Shown: in pieces, positions 1 to 6,740 of the stretch
Layout of the letters: each line of letters starts with the position of its first letter
How positions within the stretch are numbered: the stretch's first letter is position 1
The notes under the pieces: generated by a model
Told to the model about the DNA's origin: nothing
Seen by the model: the letters and a program-made list of their open reading frames with translations, nothing else
The model's database searches: none
DNA from: a virus
Lineage: Duplodnaviria > Heunggongvirae > Uroviricota > Caudoviricetes
IMG/VR virus record: IMGVR_UViG_3300036876_000145
Coordinates: 1-19,488 of that record
DNA: 19,488 nt
Direction: 5' to 3' (one strand)
Translations under genes and position numbers: made by a program

Positions 1-180
1 AGCGCCCGCGTAAATCCCAAGCTATGGAATTTGCAAGTAAATACGGGAAAATTTGCATCTCTGCCGATCATAGAGGAGAAGAGAGGAGAAGGGATACTAG
101 AAGGAGAATTAGAAGGAGATAATACTGCCGTAGTATTAACCTGTAAAAATAAATCTTTATCTAAAGGTGTAGGTAAATAA
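1..180 (+). CDS. 3' end of an upstream ORF, possibly the N-terminal/linker part of a phage replication initiator (partial)
   Basis: Frame 1 is open from base 1 to TAA at 178-180 (SARVNPKLWNLQVNTGKFASLPIIEEKRGEGILEGELEGDNTAVVLTCKNKSLSKGVGK*). The E/G/K-rich stretch resembles initiator linkers. The next ATG (181) follows in the same frame. Confidence 0.5.
   Translation, partial: SARVNPKLWNLQVNTGKFASLPIIEEKRGEGILEGELEGDNTAVVLTCKNKSLSKGVGK
72..119 (+). repeat. Purine-rich short direct repeats (AGAGGAGAAG x2, TAGAAGGAGA x2; AGGAGA core x4)
   Basis: AGAGGAGAAG at 72-81 and 82-91; TAGAAGGAGA at 98-107 and 110-119; AT-rich DNA follows at about 140-200. Confidence 0.6.
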
Positions 181-906
181 ATGTCATTAACAAATCCATA
201 CTGGTCTAAAATGACTAAAGAAGAATGGGATAATCTTGAACCAAAACACCAAGAGGAAATGAGACATAATCATGATCGTGAATTAATGTCAATGTCAAAA
301 AAGCGAAATAAGGTCTCAAATGCTCCTATAAAAATTAATCCAAATATTGCCGCCCAGAAAAGTGTTTCAGATAATAGTGATAATAGTACTAACCATCCTG
401 TAACTATAGAATTACCAAAAACTAAATTGAAAGGATTACGAGACTGGGATGAACAAGTTGGAGAATTTTCCGCTGAAAGACTTCGTGATTGTATTATCTA
501 TCAATTAGATGTAAAGAAAAATTCTTGGTATATAAGAACTTTAACTACAGGGTTTGTTTTTAAGAACGCGGCCAAGCTTGATGCTGACACACCACCAGAT
601 TACAGATATGAAGTAGACCCACTATTTGGATCATTCACATCTGGTGATCAAACCCATCCAAAAATACTTCGTATGCCGAAGAATAATGAAGAGCGTATGG
701 AAATAAGAAATAGACACGGAGTAAATAACGGAACTATTCCCTTTCTCGTCAAATTGAACTGTGCTACATGTAAGGGGACTGGTACTTACGAAATATCTTC
801 TTACCCAAACGCTAAAAGTAATATTATTAGACTTCATGAAAAAGTTATTTGTGATTGTGTGTATGGAAATTCCACAGACGATGGAAAATCTTCACCTTCC
901 CCATAA
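181..906 (+). CDS. Hypothetical protein, possibly replication-initiator-like C-terminal domain plus Zn finger (241 aa)
   Basis: AGGT SD-like motif upstream. The segment IYQLDVKKNSWYIRTLTTGFVFKNAAKLD loosely resembles the C-terminal domain of lambda O-type initiators. C-terminal CATCKGTG...CDC suggests Zn binding. Confidence 0.6.
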   Translation: MSLTNPYWSKMTKEEWDNLEPKHQEEMRHNHDRELMSMSKKRNKVSNAPIKINPNIAAQKSVSDNSDNSTNHPVTIELPKTKLKGLRDWDEQVGEFSAERLRDCIIYQLDVKKNSWYIRTLTTGFVFKNAAKLDADTPPDYRYEVDPLFGSFTSGDQTHPKILRMPKNNEERMEIRNRHGVNNGTIPFLVKLNCATCKGTGTYEISSYPNAKSNIIRLHEKVICDCVYGNSTDDGKSSPSP

Positions 907-932
907 AAATTTTCTGTATCACTAGTGAAATT

Positions 933-954
933 TTTTCCCAATCCCCGAAGTATA
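933..954 (+). promoter_or_regulatory. Candidate phage promoter motif TTTTC-N7-CCGAW-GTATA, copy 1
   Basis: Intergenic, upstream of nrdJ. The same motif with the same spacing occurs at 3936-3957, upstream of the Fic gene. Confidence 0.3.
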
Positions 955-1007
955 TATGACCGCTTCAGTATTAACACATAGAACATTCCTAAGAGAGAAA
1001 GTATTTC

Positions 1008-2924
1008 ATGGTAAGTAAATTTGAGTTATCGCCGTATTCTACATTCATTCATAAATCCCGTTACGCCCGCTGGTTAGAAGAAAAAACTCGAAGAGAAAAT
1101 TGGGATGAAACCGTAAATCGATATATTACTTATTTCGCTCATCGTATTCCGAAATCCGATCGTGAAGCAACATCCGCTGAAATTGAGAAAGCTATTTTTC
1201 ATATGGATGTCATGCCATCAATGCGAGCGATGATGACCGCAGGTCCCGCTCTGGACAAAGACAATGCTGCGGGTTTCAATTGTAGCTATTTAGCTGTAGA
1301 TGATCCTCGTGCTTTTGATGAAGCAATGTACCTCAGTATGTGCGGTACAGGTGTAGGATTTTCTGTTGAACGTCAGTATGTAAATCAACTTCCTATTATT
1401 GCTGAAAATTTCTATCCAGTAGATACCTGTATTAAAGTGCGTGATTCTAAAATTGGCTGGTCGAATGCGTTCCGACAATTGCTTAGTCTACTTTATTCAG
1501 GCTCTATTCCCACATGGGATATGAGTGCTGTTCGCCCAGCAGGATCACTTTTAAAAACCATGGGGGGTAGGTCCAGTGGTCCCGAACCCTTAGATCGTCT
1601 TTTCAAATTCTCCGTTAATCTCTTCCAAAAAGCCGCGGGGCGTAAACTAAATTCTATTGAATGTCACGATTTGATGTGTATGGTCGCAGATATTGTAGTT
1701 GTTGGAGGGGTGCGACGTAGCGCTATGTTGTCTCTTTCCAATCTCTCAGATGAGCGTATGCGTAACGCCAAAAACGGTCAATGGTGGGATGAGAAAAACC
1801 CTCAAGGGGCTCCCTGGCGTAGACTAGCAAACAATTCTGTAGCATACACAGAAAAACCAGAACCAGAAATTTTTATTCGAGAGTTTCTTACTTTGATAGA
1901 ATCAAAATCTGGAGAGCGGGGAATTTTTAATCGAGTATCCGCCGTCAATAGCGCAAAGAAAACAGGTCGCCGGAAATGGGAAGGTATAAATTTTGGTTCA
2001 AATCCCTGTGGTGAAATAAATTTACGCCCTAACCAATTTTGTAACCTATCCGAAGTAGTTATAAGACCTCACGATACTAAAGCTACCATTAAACGTAAAG
2101 TTCGCATCGCTGTAATCATCGGCTGCTTACAATCTACTTTAACTGATTTCCGATATCTTCGCAAAGAGTGGCAAAAAAATACTGAAGAAGAGCGTTTATT
2201 AGGGGTGAGTCTCACAGGAATTATGGACAATGTGATGATGTCCACTAATGGCGCGGATCTAGCAAAACTATTAGATGAACTTCGTGAATACACAATCGAG
2301 GTCGCTACAGAGTGGGCTGGGAAGCTGGGTATAAACGTCCCTACGGCGATTACTTGCATCAAACCATCTGGAACAGTCTCCCAACTCGTAAACTGCTCCC
2401 CAGGCATCCATAGCCGTTACTCGCGTTGGATTAAACGAGGTACGCAAGAAGATGCTAAGAGTCCAGTAAACACTTTTTTGAAATCTATAGGTTGGTTGTA
2501 TGAACCTGAATTGAACAAACCACAAGACTCTGATCTTTTCTTTTTCGCCTTAGAATCCCCAGATATTAGTATATGTAGGAATGATCGTAATGCTATCGAA
2601 CAATTAGAAATTTACAAAACTTACAAACTTCATTGGACTGAACATAATCCTAGCTGCACTGTGTATGTAAGAGAATCTGAATGGACGGATGTATTGGCGT
2701 GGATTTACAAACATTTCGATATTATTGGTGGGGTTAGTTTTTTACCCTACGATAACGGAATTTACCGTCAGGCCCCATTCACTGAAATTACCGAAGCTGA
2801 GTATGTGAAATTGAAAGAAAAAGAACCGGTAATCGACTGGTCGAAATTACCAGATTTTGAAAAAGAAGACATGACTACAGCTTCCCATGAAATGGCCTGC
2901 TCCGCTGGCGGATGCGAAGCCTAG
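1008..2924 (+). CDS. nrdJ: Class II (adenosylcobalamin-dependent) ribonucleotide reductase, monomeric type
   Basis: Motifs FNCSY, GGVRRSA, NPCGEI (thiyl-radical Cys), QFCNLSEV, TCIKPSGTVSQL and C-terminal CSAGGCE redox pair. 638 aa with no sign of an intein. Confidence 0.95.
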   Translation: MVSKFELSPYSTFIHKSRYARWLEEKTRRENWDETVNRYITYFAHRIPKSDREATSAEIEKAIFHMDVMPSMRAMMTAGPALDKDNAAGFNCSYLAVDDPRAFDEAMYLSMCGTGVGFSVERQYVNQLPIIAENFYPVDTCIKVRDSKIGWSNAFRQLLSLLYSGSIPTWDMSAVRPAGSLLKTMGGRSSGPEPLDRLFKFSVNLFQKAAGRKLNSIECHDLMCMVADIVVVGGVRRSAMLSLSNLSDERMRNAKNGQWWDEKNPQGAPWRRLANNSVAYTEKPEPEIFIREFLTLIESKSGERGIFNRVSAVNSAKKTGRRKWEGINFGSNPCGEINLRPNQFCNLSEVVIRPHDTKATIKRKVRIAVIIGCLQSTLTDFRYLRKEWQKNTEEERLLGVSLTGIMDNVMMSTNGADLAKLLDELREYTIEVATEWAGKLGINVPTAITCIKPSGTVSQLVNCSPGIHSRYSRWIKRGTQEDAKSPVNTFLKSIGWLYEPELNKPQDSDLFFFALESPDISICRNDRNAIEQLEIYKTYKLHWTEHNPSCTVYVRESEWTDVLAWIYKHFDIIGGVSFLPYDNGIYRQAPFTEITEAEYVKLKEKEPVIDWSKLPDFEKEDMTTASHEMACSAGGCEA

Positions 2925-2952
2925 AAATTTCCAAAAATGAGTATTGTACAGT

Positions 2953-3231
2953 ATGGAAATACATCTAGAATTTAAAATTACTCTCGCTAGCGGGGAAATC
3001 GTTACTCAAGATATTCAACTCCCCGCTGATCCAAATTACCCCATCGACAAACAAATGAAAGCTCTCATGCAAACCATGATAAACCAATATTCTACCGTGG
3101 GTATGCTACGAGAAGTTGAACCTGGGGTTTACAGGTTGCTTTGCCATAGCCAAATATATTGGGTAGAATGTTCTTTACCGAAGATTGTTTTGGCAAATGC
3201 TACGGAAGTACCGCAGGTGACTCTTGAATGA
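2953..3231 (+). CDS. Hypothetical protein (about 92 aa)
   Basis: The ORF track starts at TTG 2944; ATG 2953 is the more likely start. Fills the gap after nrdJ with phage-like codon use. Confidence 0.7.
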   Translation: MEIHLEFKITLASGEIVTQDIQLPADPNYPIDKQMKALMQTMINQYSTVGMLREVEPGVYRLLCHSQIYWVECSLPKIVLANATEVPQVTLE

Positions 3232-3403
3232 TTTCCTTTGGATTGAATGGAAGATAGTGATTTTATTGATAGCTTTTTTCTGGTTGTTTATGGCGATTCA
3301 TGAACAAAAAGCTTTATCAAAACCTATAGCTGTTCAAAATCCTTGGTGCGATGCCTCTCCAGTTGATGGGGCAGGAAAACCAGAAATTTGTGATCACCAA
3401 TGA
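3224..3403 (+). CDS. Small single-pass membrane protein (59 aa; not in the ORF track)
   Basis: TTG 3224 preceded by AGGTGA. Translation MNDFLWIEWKIVILLIAFFWLFMAIHEQKALSKPIAVQNPWCDASPVDGAGKPEICDHQ* has one hydrophobic helix and a Cys pair. Confidence 0.55.
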   Translation: MNDFLWIEWKIVILLIAFFWLFMAIHEQKALSKPIAVQNPWCDASPVDGAGKPEICDHQ

Positions 3404-3763
3404 ACGATTATCAAAGATTTTGCATACACAGGTGTAAAATGCTGTTCCTTATGTCACGAAACGGGGTATGATATATCAGGACTGGAAGTTTGTATAGTTG
3501 ACGGACAGCCAGTTTTATTGTGTTGTACATTACATGTATTTTTTTATCCGCTAAAAGAAGATGGGTCGAAAATTACCCCCGAAGAAAAACTTCTTCGGGC
3601 AATTTTTGGAGAACGACCTCACCTTCAAGCAAAATATAGACTACTGACCTTTTTCAGTAGGGGGACTTTATGGATGAGATTGTTACTCCCGAAGCACAAA
3701 TCGAAACGCTTCTTCAAATTCTCGCCGCTATATTGGATAAACAAGGTGGGGAGATTGTTTTAA
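3404..3763 (+). CDS. Cys-rich small protein carrying an RNA polymerase beta flap-tip-helix motif (start codon uncertain)
   Basis: The track ORF 3518-3763 extends upstream without a stop to 3404: TIIKDFAYTGVKCCSLCHETGYDISGLEVCIVDGQPVLLCCTLHVFFYPLKEDGSKITPEEKLLRAIFGERP... The motif TPEEKLLRAIFGE (3575-3613) matches RpoB. The 3' end overlaps the next gene by 94 nt. Confidence 0.6.
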   Translation, partial: TIIKDFAYTGVKCCSLCHETGYDISGLEVCIVDGQPVLLCCTLHVFFYPLKEDGSKITPEEKLLRAIFGERPHLQAKYRLLTFFSRGTLWMRLLLPKHKSKRFFKFSPLYWINKVGRLF

Positions 3764-3906
3764 GCCGTAAAGACTTTGAAATGTACGAAGGTGCCCCTGT
3801 TGTTGTCCGACGCTTGTCCGGTGATTATGTCTTAATTCGCATCGCTTACGAAGATGAAGTTGCGGAAACGGATGAGTTGGATATTCCAGAAACTCCTCAA
3901 ACCTAA
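3670..3906 (+). CDS. Small acidic hypothetical protein (78 aa)
   Basis: GGGGGA SD upstream of ATG; D/E-rich C-terminus. Confidence 0.75.
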   Translation: MDEIVTPEAQIETLLQILAAILDKQGGEIVLSRKDFEMYEGAPVVVRRLSGDYVLIRIAYEDEVAETDELDIPETPQT

Positions 3907-3929
3907 CAAAACAAAGAAGAAATCAAATT

Positions 3930-3959
3930 TAGCCATTTTCAGTGTTTCCGATGTATACT
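3930..3959 (+). promoter_or_regulatory. Promoter upstream of the Fic gene (TAGCCA-18-TATACT; includes copy 2 of the TTTTC-N7-CCGAW-GTATA motif)
   Basis: TATACT at 3954-3959; TAGCCA at 3930-3935; shared motif at 3936-3957. Confidence 0.4.
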
Positions 3960-3997
3960 AGGAATATGAACGGAATTCACAGGGAGTGAGGATTTAA

Positions 3998-4492
3998 ATG
4001 AACGTAATTGAGTACTGCACAGAGGAAGTGCGTAGACAAGGGCATGATATTACTCTGCTTGACGGCATTCAGAGAGTTGGTTGGATGTTAGACGGTTGGA
4101 CTTACGCTCTTGTTAACGTTTCCGATCGCATGCCTGATCTAGGTGATGCAATCAGTTTGGGTATGCTTGTGGAAGTTAAGAAGAATGTTAACGGACTGCG
4201 TAACTGTGACATCCGAGTAGGTGATTGTATATGCCCAAGACCAGATGAACTTCGTCGGCTGCTTAACAGGCTGTTCGATCTCCGTGATAGTATGACACCA
4301 ATCGAGTTTTACAAAGAGTTTGAGATGATTCATCCGTTTGTTGACGGTAATGGGCGAACGGGTAAGATTCTGTTCAACTGGTTAAATAGGACGTTATTTG
4401 ATCCAATCTTTCCGCCGAACGACTTGTTTGGTTATGTTGTAGCTAAACTGCCAGACGGACAGCGCGTTGCTGCCGAATTACCGACCGCATAA
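3998..4492 (+). CDS. Fic/Doc-family protein (minimal Fido domain, 164 aa)
   Basis: HPFVDGNGRTGK matches HxFx(D/E)GNGRxxR with the last R replaced by K. GAGG SD upstream. Confidence 0.9.
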   Translation: MNVIEYCTEEVRRQGHDITLLDGIQRVGWMLDGWTYALVNVSDRMPDLGDAISLGMLVEVKKNVNGLRNCDIRVGDCICPRPDELRRLLNRLFDLRDSMTPIEFYKEFEMIHPFVDGNGRTGKILFNWLNRTLFDPIFPPNDLFGYVVAKLPDGQRVAAELPTA

Positions 4493-4506
4493 ATGAGGAG
4501 ATTCCC

Positions 4507-4758
4507 ATGCTTGGAGATGCGACTTATTCCGAAAGAGAAATAAAGCTGTTCGCCCATTTCAAAATGGCGGACATTGCCTACAACATCCAACCGCCCCTAC
4601 TTTATACGATGCTGGCGTATAGAGCGTTCTTGACGAACGATCAGACCGAGTATGCCTCCGCGTTGCGGCGGTGCCTTGAGGCTCTTGAAAGCTTTGAAAA
4701 AGACAAGGTTTATCGCTGCACCCCTGAGTGGGATGCGCTTATTGGAGACTGCGAATAA
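4507..4758 (+). CDS. Hypothetical helical protein (83 aa)
   Basis: Strong GAGGAG SD; the stop overlaps the next start (TAATG). Confidence 0.7.
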   Translation: MLGDATYSEREIKLFAHFKMADIAYNIQPPLLYTMLAYRAFLTNDQTEYASALRRCLEALESFEKDKVYRCTPEWDALIGDCE

Positions 4759-5018
4759 TGACAAATGCGGAATTTGTTGCTGCTCTCAGTGAAAAATTCG
4801 GTTGCGACTTTGAACTAAGCACTCACGGACGCAAGTTTACTAGGGTCACCAAGTACGGCTCTGCTTATTGCTTCCTTGATGCAGACGGCAACATCTATAA
4901 GGCCGCCAGCTGGAATACTCCTGCCAAGGGAGTGCGCAGCACACTTGCTAGTGTGGATATGACAGAAGTTGATGAGTACGGCTGCTGGCTCTACTGGCGG
5001 CGAAAAGAGAAAAAGTAA
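4758..5018 (+). CDS. Conserved phage hypothetical protein (86 aa)
   Basis: Start better placed at ATG 4758 (TAATG coupling). GRKF...AYCFLDADGNIYKAASWNTPAKGVR is a pattern I recognise from a widespread phage family of unknown function. Confidence 0.8.
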   Translation: MTNAEFVAALSEKFGCDFELSTHGRKFTRVTKYGSAYCFLDADGNIYKAASWNTPAKGVRSTLASVDMTEVDEYGCWLYWRRKEKK

Positions 5019-5040
5019 TCGGGCAGTACCGGAGCAACTA

Positions 5041-5238
5041 ATGTCACTTGAGAAAATGATTTGCTGGCGTTGCCACGGTACTGGTGGGAAACGAAAAGTT
5101 CCCGCACGCCCGCGACATACCGTGGTTTGTAACTACGGGCACAAGCACACAGTACCGGCCAAAAAAGCCACCACGGTATTTTGCAAAGAATGCGGGGGTA
5201 GTGGTATTGTTTTGGAAGTAAACTTCGGGAGGCAATAA
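5041..5238 (+). CDS. Small Zn-finger protein with two DnaJ-like CxxCxGxG motifs (65 aa)
   Basis: GGAG SD then ATG 5041; CWRCHGTG and CKECGGSG. Confidence 0.65.
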   Translation: MSLEKMICWRCHGTGGKRKVPARPRHTVVCNYGHKHTVPAKKATTVFCKECGGSGIVLEVNFGRQ

Positions 5239-5270
5239 CCAGTCAAAATCCAAGATATGAAAGGGACAAC

Positions 5271-5930
5271 ATGGCAGTAGCGGGAGCAGCAAAGGCGAAG
5301 AAGGTGTGTGAGGTGTTTGACACACCATATATCATTACCCTAGTTCAACAAGCAAAAGCTGGAGATGAAGCGGCTTTTTCAACTCTATATCACAAATTTT
5401 ATCGGTATTTGAGTAATACTATAAGGCGCGTTCTTCCCGGGCAACAACCGGATACAGCGGACTGGCTCGCCAACAAAGCCATGACCCAAGCCTGGTTAAA
5501 TCTCAAAAATTTCAATGAGAAATCCACATTTCAAACCTGGATTACACGCATTGCCATCAACGAATGGAAGATGTATATTCGTGAAGAAACATCCGTAGGT
5601 CGTCAACGAGACAAAGAACTTTCTCTAAATGAAATTTTGGATGAAAATCCTAGCGACGGTAAATTTGGACAACGGGACATTAATTTAGCTGGTATCGCTG
5701 ATCGACAAATGCTTGATTTGTCGCTTAAAGGTATCCCTAGTGTTTACCGTGATATTGTGTATTTAAAATTGTGGATGGGATTTTCCGTGAAGGAAATTGA
5801 AAATATCTTGGGAGTGAAAAGACCCAAAAAAGTCGGAATGAATATCGTTAAGGGTCGTAAGATGTTGCTGGAACAGGTAAAAAAGAATTCTACAAATAGT
5901 CCTTTACAAACAAGGATGACCGGGGTATAA
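5271..5930 (+). CDS. ECF-type (sigma-70 family, group 4) RNA polymerase sigma factor
   Basis: Region 2: LVQQAKAGDEAAFSTLY and STFQTWITRIAINEW. Region 4: IPSVYRDIVYLKLWMGFSVKEIENILG. 219 aa. Confidence 0.88.
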   Translation: MAVAGAAKAKKVCEVFDTPYIITLVQQAKAGDEAAFSTLYHKFYRYLSNTIRRVLPGQQPDTADWLANKAMTQAWLNLKNFNEKSTFQTWITRIAINEWKMYIREETSVGRQRDKELSLNEILDENPSDGKFGQRDINLAGIADRQMLDLSLKGIPSVYRDIVYLKLWMGFSVKEIENILGVKRPKKVGMNIVKGRKMLLEQVKKNSTNSPLQTRMTGV

Positions 5931-5931
5931 T
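5903..5931 (+). promoter_or_regulatory. Sigma70-type promoter TTTACA-17-TATAAT, likely driving the PEP-CTERM gene
   Basis: TTTACA at 5903-5908, 17-nt spacer, perfect TATAAT at 5926-5931, embedded in the 3' end of the sigma gene. Confidence 0.7.
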
Positions 5932-5978
5932 CATTTTACTGTTAGTTTCGTGTGGCAGTCGTTGCAGTTGTGCTCCAA

Positions 5979-6028
5979 CCAATCCGCTGCATGTTTTTTC
6001 GTGAGAGCCTAGACATGCAGCGGATTGG
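5979..6028 (+). other. Perfect 16-bp inverted repeat in the predicted 5' UTR
   Basis: CCAATCCGCTGCATGT (5979-5994) and ACATGCAGCGGATTGG (6013-6028) with an 18-nt loop. Confidence 0.85.
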
Positions 6029-6057
6029 CTGCTATAAAAATATAGGGGGAATTAAAA

Positions 6058-6705
6058 ATGAGAATAAGTAAGGTAACAATTTTTGCGTTAATTTTGAGTT
6101 TGCTTTCGTTTGTTTCCGCGGCATCTGCCGATCCCATCACTCTGACGAATCTATTCGGCACCATAAATATTAGCGATATCGGCGTAGGTGGAATGGGTAC
6201 GACTGGTTCAACTACCATTACATCTCACGGTTCGGAGCTAACAAACTTTGAAGGAATAACCGCTCCGCATGGGCATTCGCTTGGTTATGTAGGGTTTTCT
6301 ACCGGCGTGCTAGAAAGCGGAAGCGTGCTAAACGGTGGGGTATTTTCCAGTACCGGGTCCACTTTCGATGTTATCGGTAAGGGTAAATTTGGACAACCTA
6401 AGGGAAATATTTTTATCGGCAGCTTTGTAGGTCCTATTGACTGGACATTCATCTCCCAAAATAAACAGGAGCGAACCTACACTTTAACAGGTGAGTTGTC
6501 TGGAACACTCTGGAATGGGCGTTTTACAACTGGGTACACTACCCAAACCATCAATATACTCAACAAGAATCAATTGAATGGCGGTGTGGGGCACATTGGG
6601 CTTGGTTCTACGAGTATTTCCGCCCCTGAACCAGGGACTTTAGGTCTGTTGGGAACAGGACTCGTAGGGATCGCTGGAATGTTTCGCCGGAAGTATTTTT
6701 CTTAA
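6058..6705 (+). CDS. PEP-CTERM sorting-domain surface protein (exosortase substrate)
   Basis: N-terminal signal peptide ending ASA-DPI; G/T/S-rich beta-type body; C-terminal APEPGTLGLLGTGLVGIAGMFRRK (PEP + transmembrane helix + basic tail). GGGGG SD. Confidence 0.9.
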   Translation: MRISKVTIFALILSLLSFVSAASADPITLTNLFGTINISDIGVGGMGTTGSTTITSHGSELTNFEGITAPHGHSLGYVGFSTGVLESGSVLNGGVFSSTGSTFDVIGKGKFGQPKGNIFIGSFVGPIDWTFISQNKQERTYTLTGELSGTLWNGRFTTGYTTQTINILNKNQLNGGVGHIGLGSTSISAPEPGTLGLLGTGLVGIAGMFRRKYFS

Positions 6706-6740
6706 GTTTGCAGCACGATTTGGGTCGATGAGTTATCCCG

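Noticed and set aside
906-920. AAAATTTT(A)CTGTAT after stop codons at about 906 and 19472; CTGT as a possible LexA half-site
   Set aside because: Low-complexity AT-rich match, and no ACAG half-site at SOS-box spacing.
631-2525. Minus-strand ORFs 631-837, 1290-1478, 2069-2407 and 2271-2525
   Set aside because: Short antisense frames within 181-906 and nrdJ, with no protein-like features.
1008-2924. Intein or intron in nrdJ
   Set aside because: Continuous 638-aa ORF with motifs in normal order and no splice-junction or homing-nuclease motifs.
178-3406. Genome-wide stop-codon reassignment suggested by in-frame junctions at 178-183 and 3401-3406
   Set aside because: TAA, TAG and TGA all end well-conserved genes at their expected ends (nrdJ TAG, iscU TGA, tnpB TAA), so the standard code applies.
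5041-5238. Zn-finger ORF as a ZAS anti-sigma factor
   Set aside because: Lacks HxxxCxxC; the motifs are DnaJ-like CxxCxGxG.
5941-6030. tRNA or CRISPR-like structure
   Set aside because: No cloverleaf, T-loop or CCA, and only a single inverted repeat; no repeat-spacer array seen anywhere in the window.
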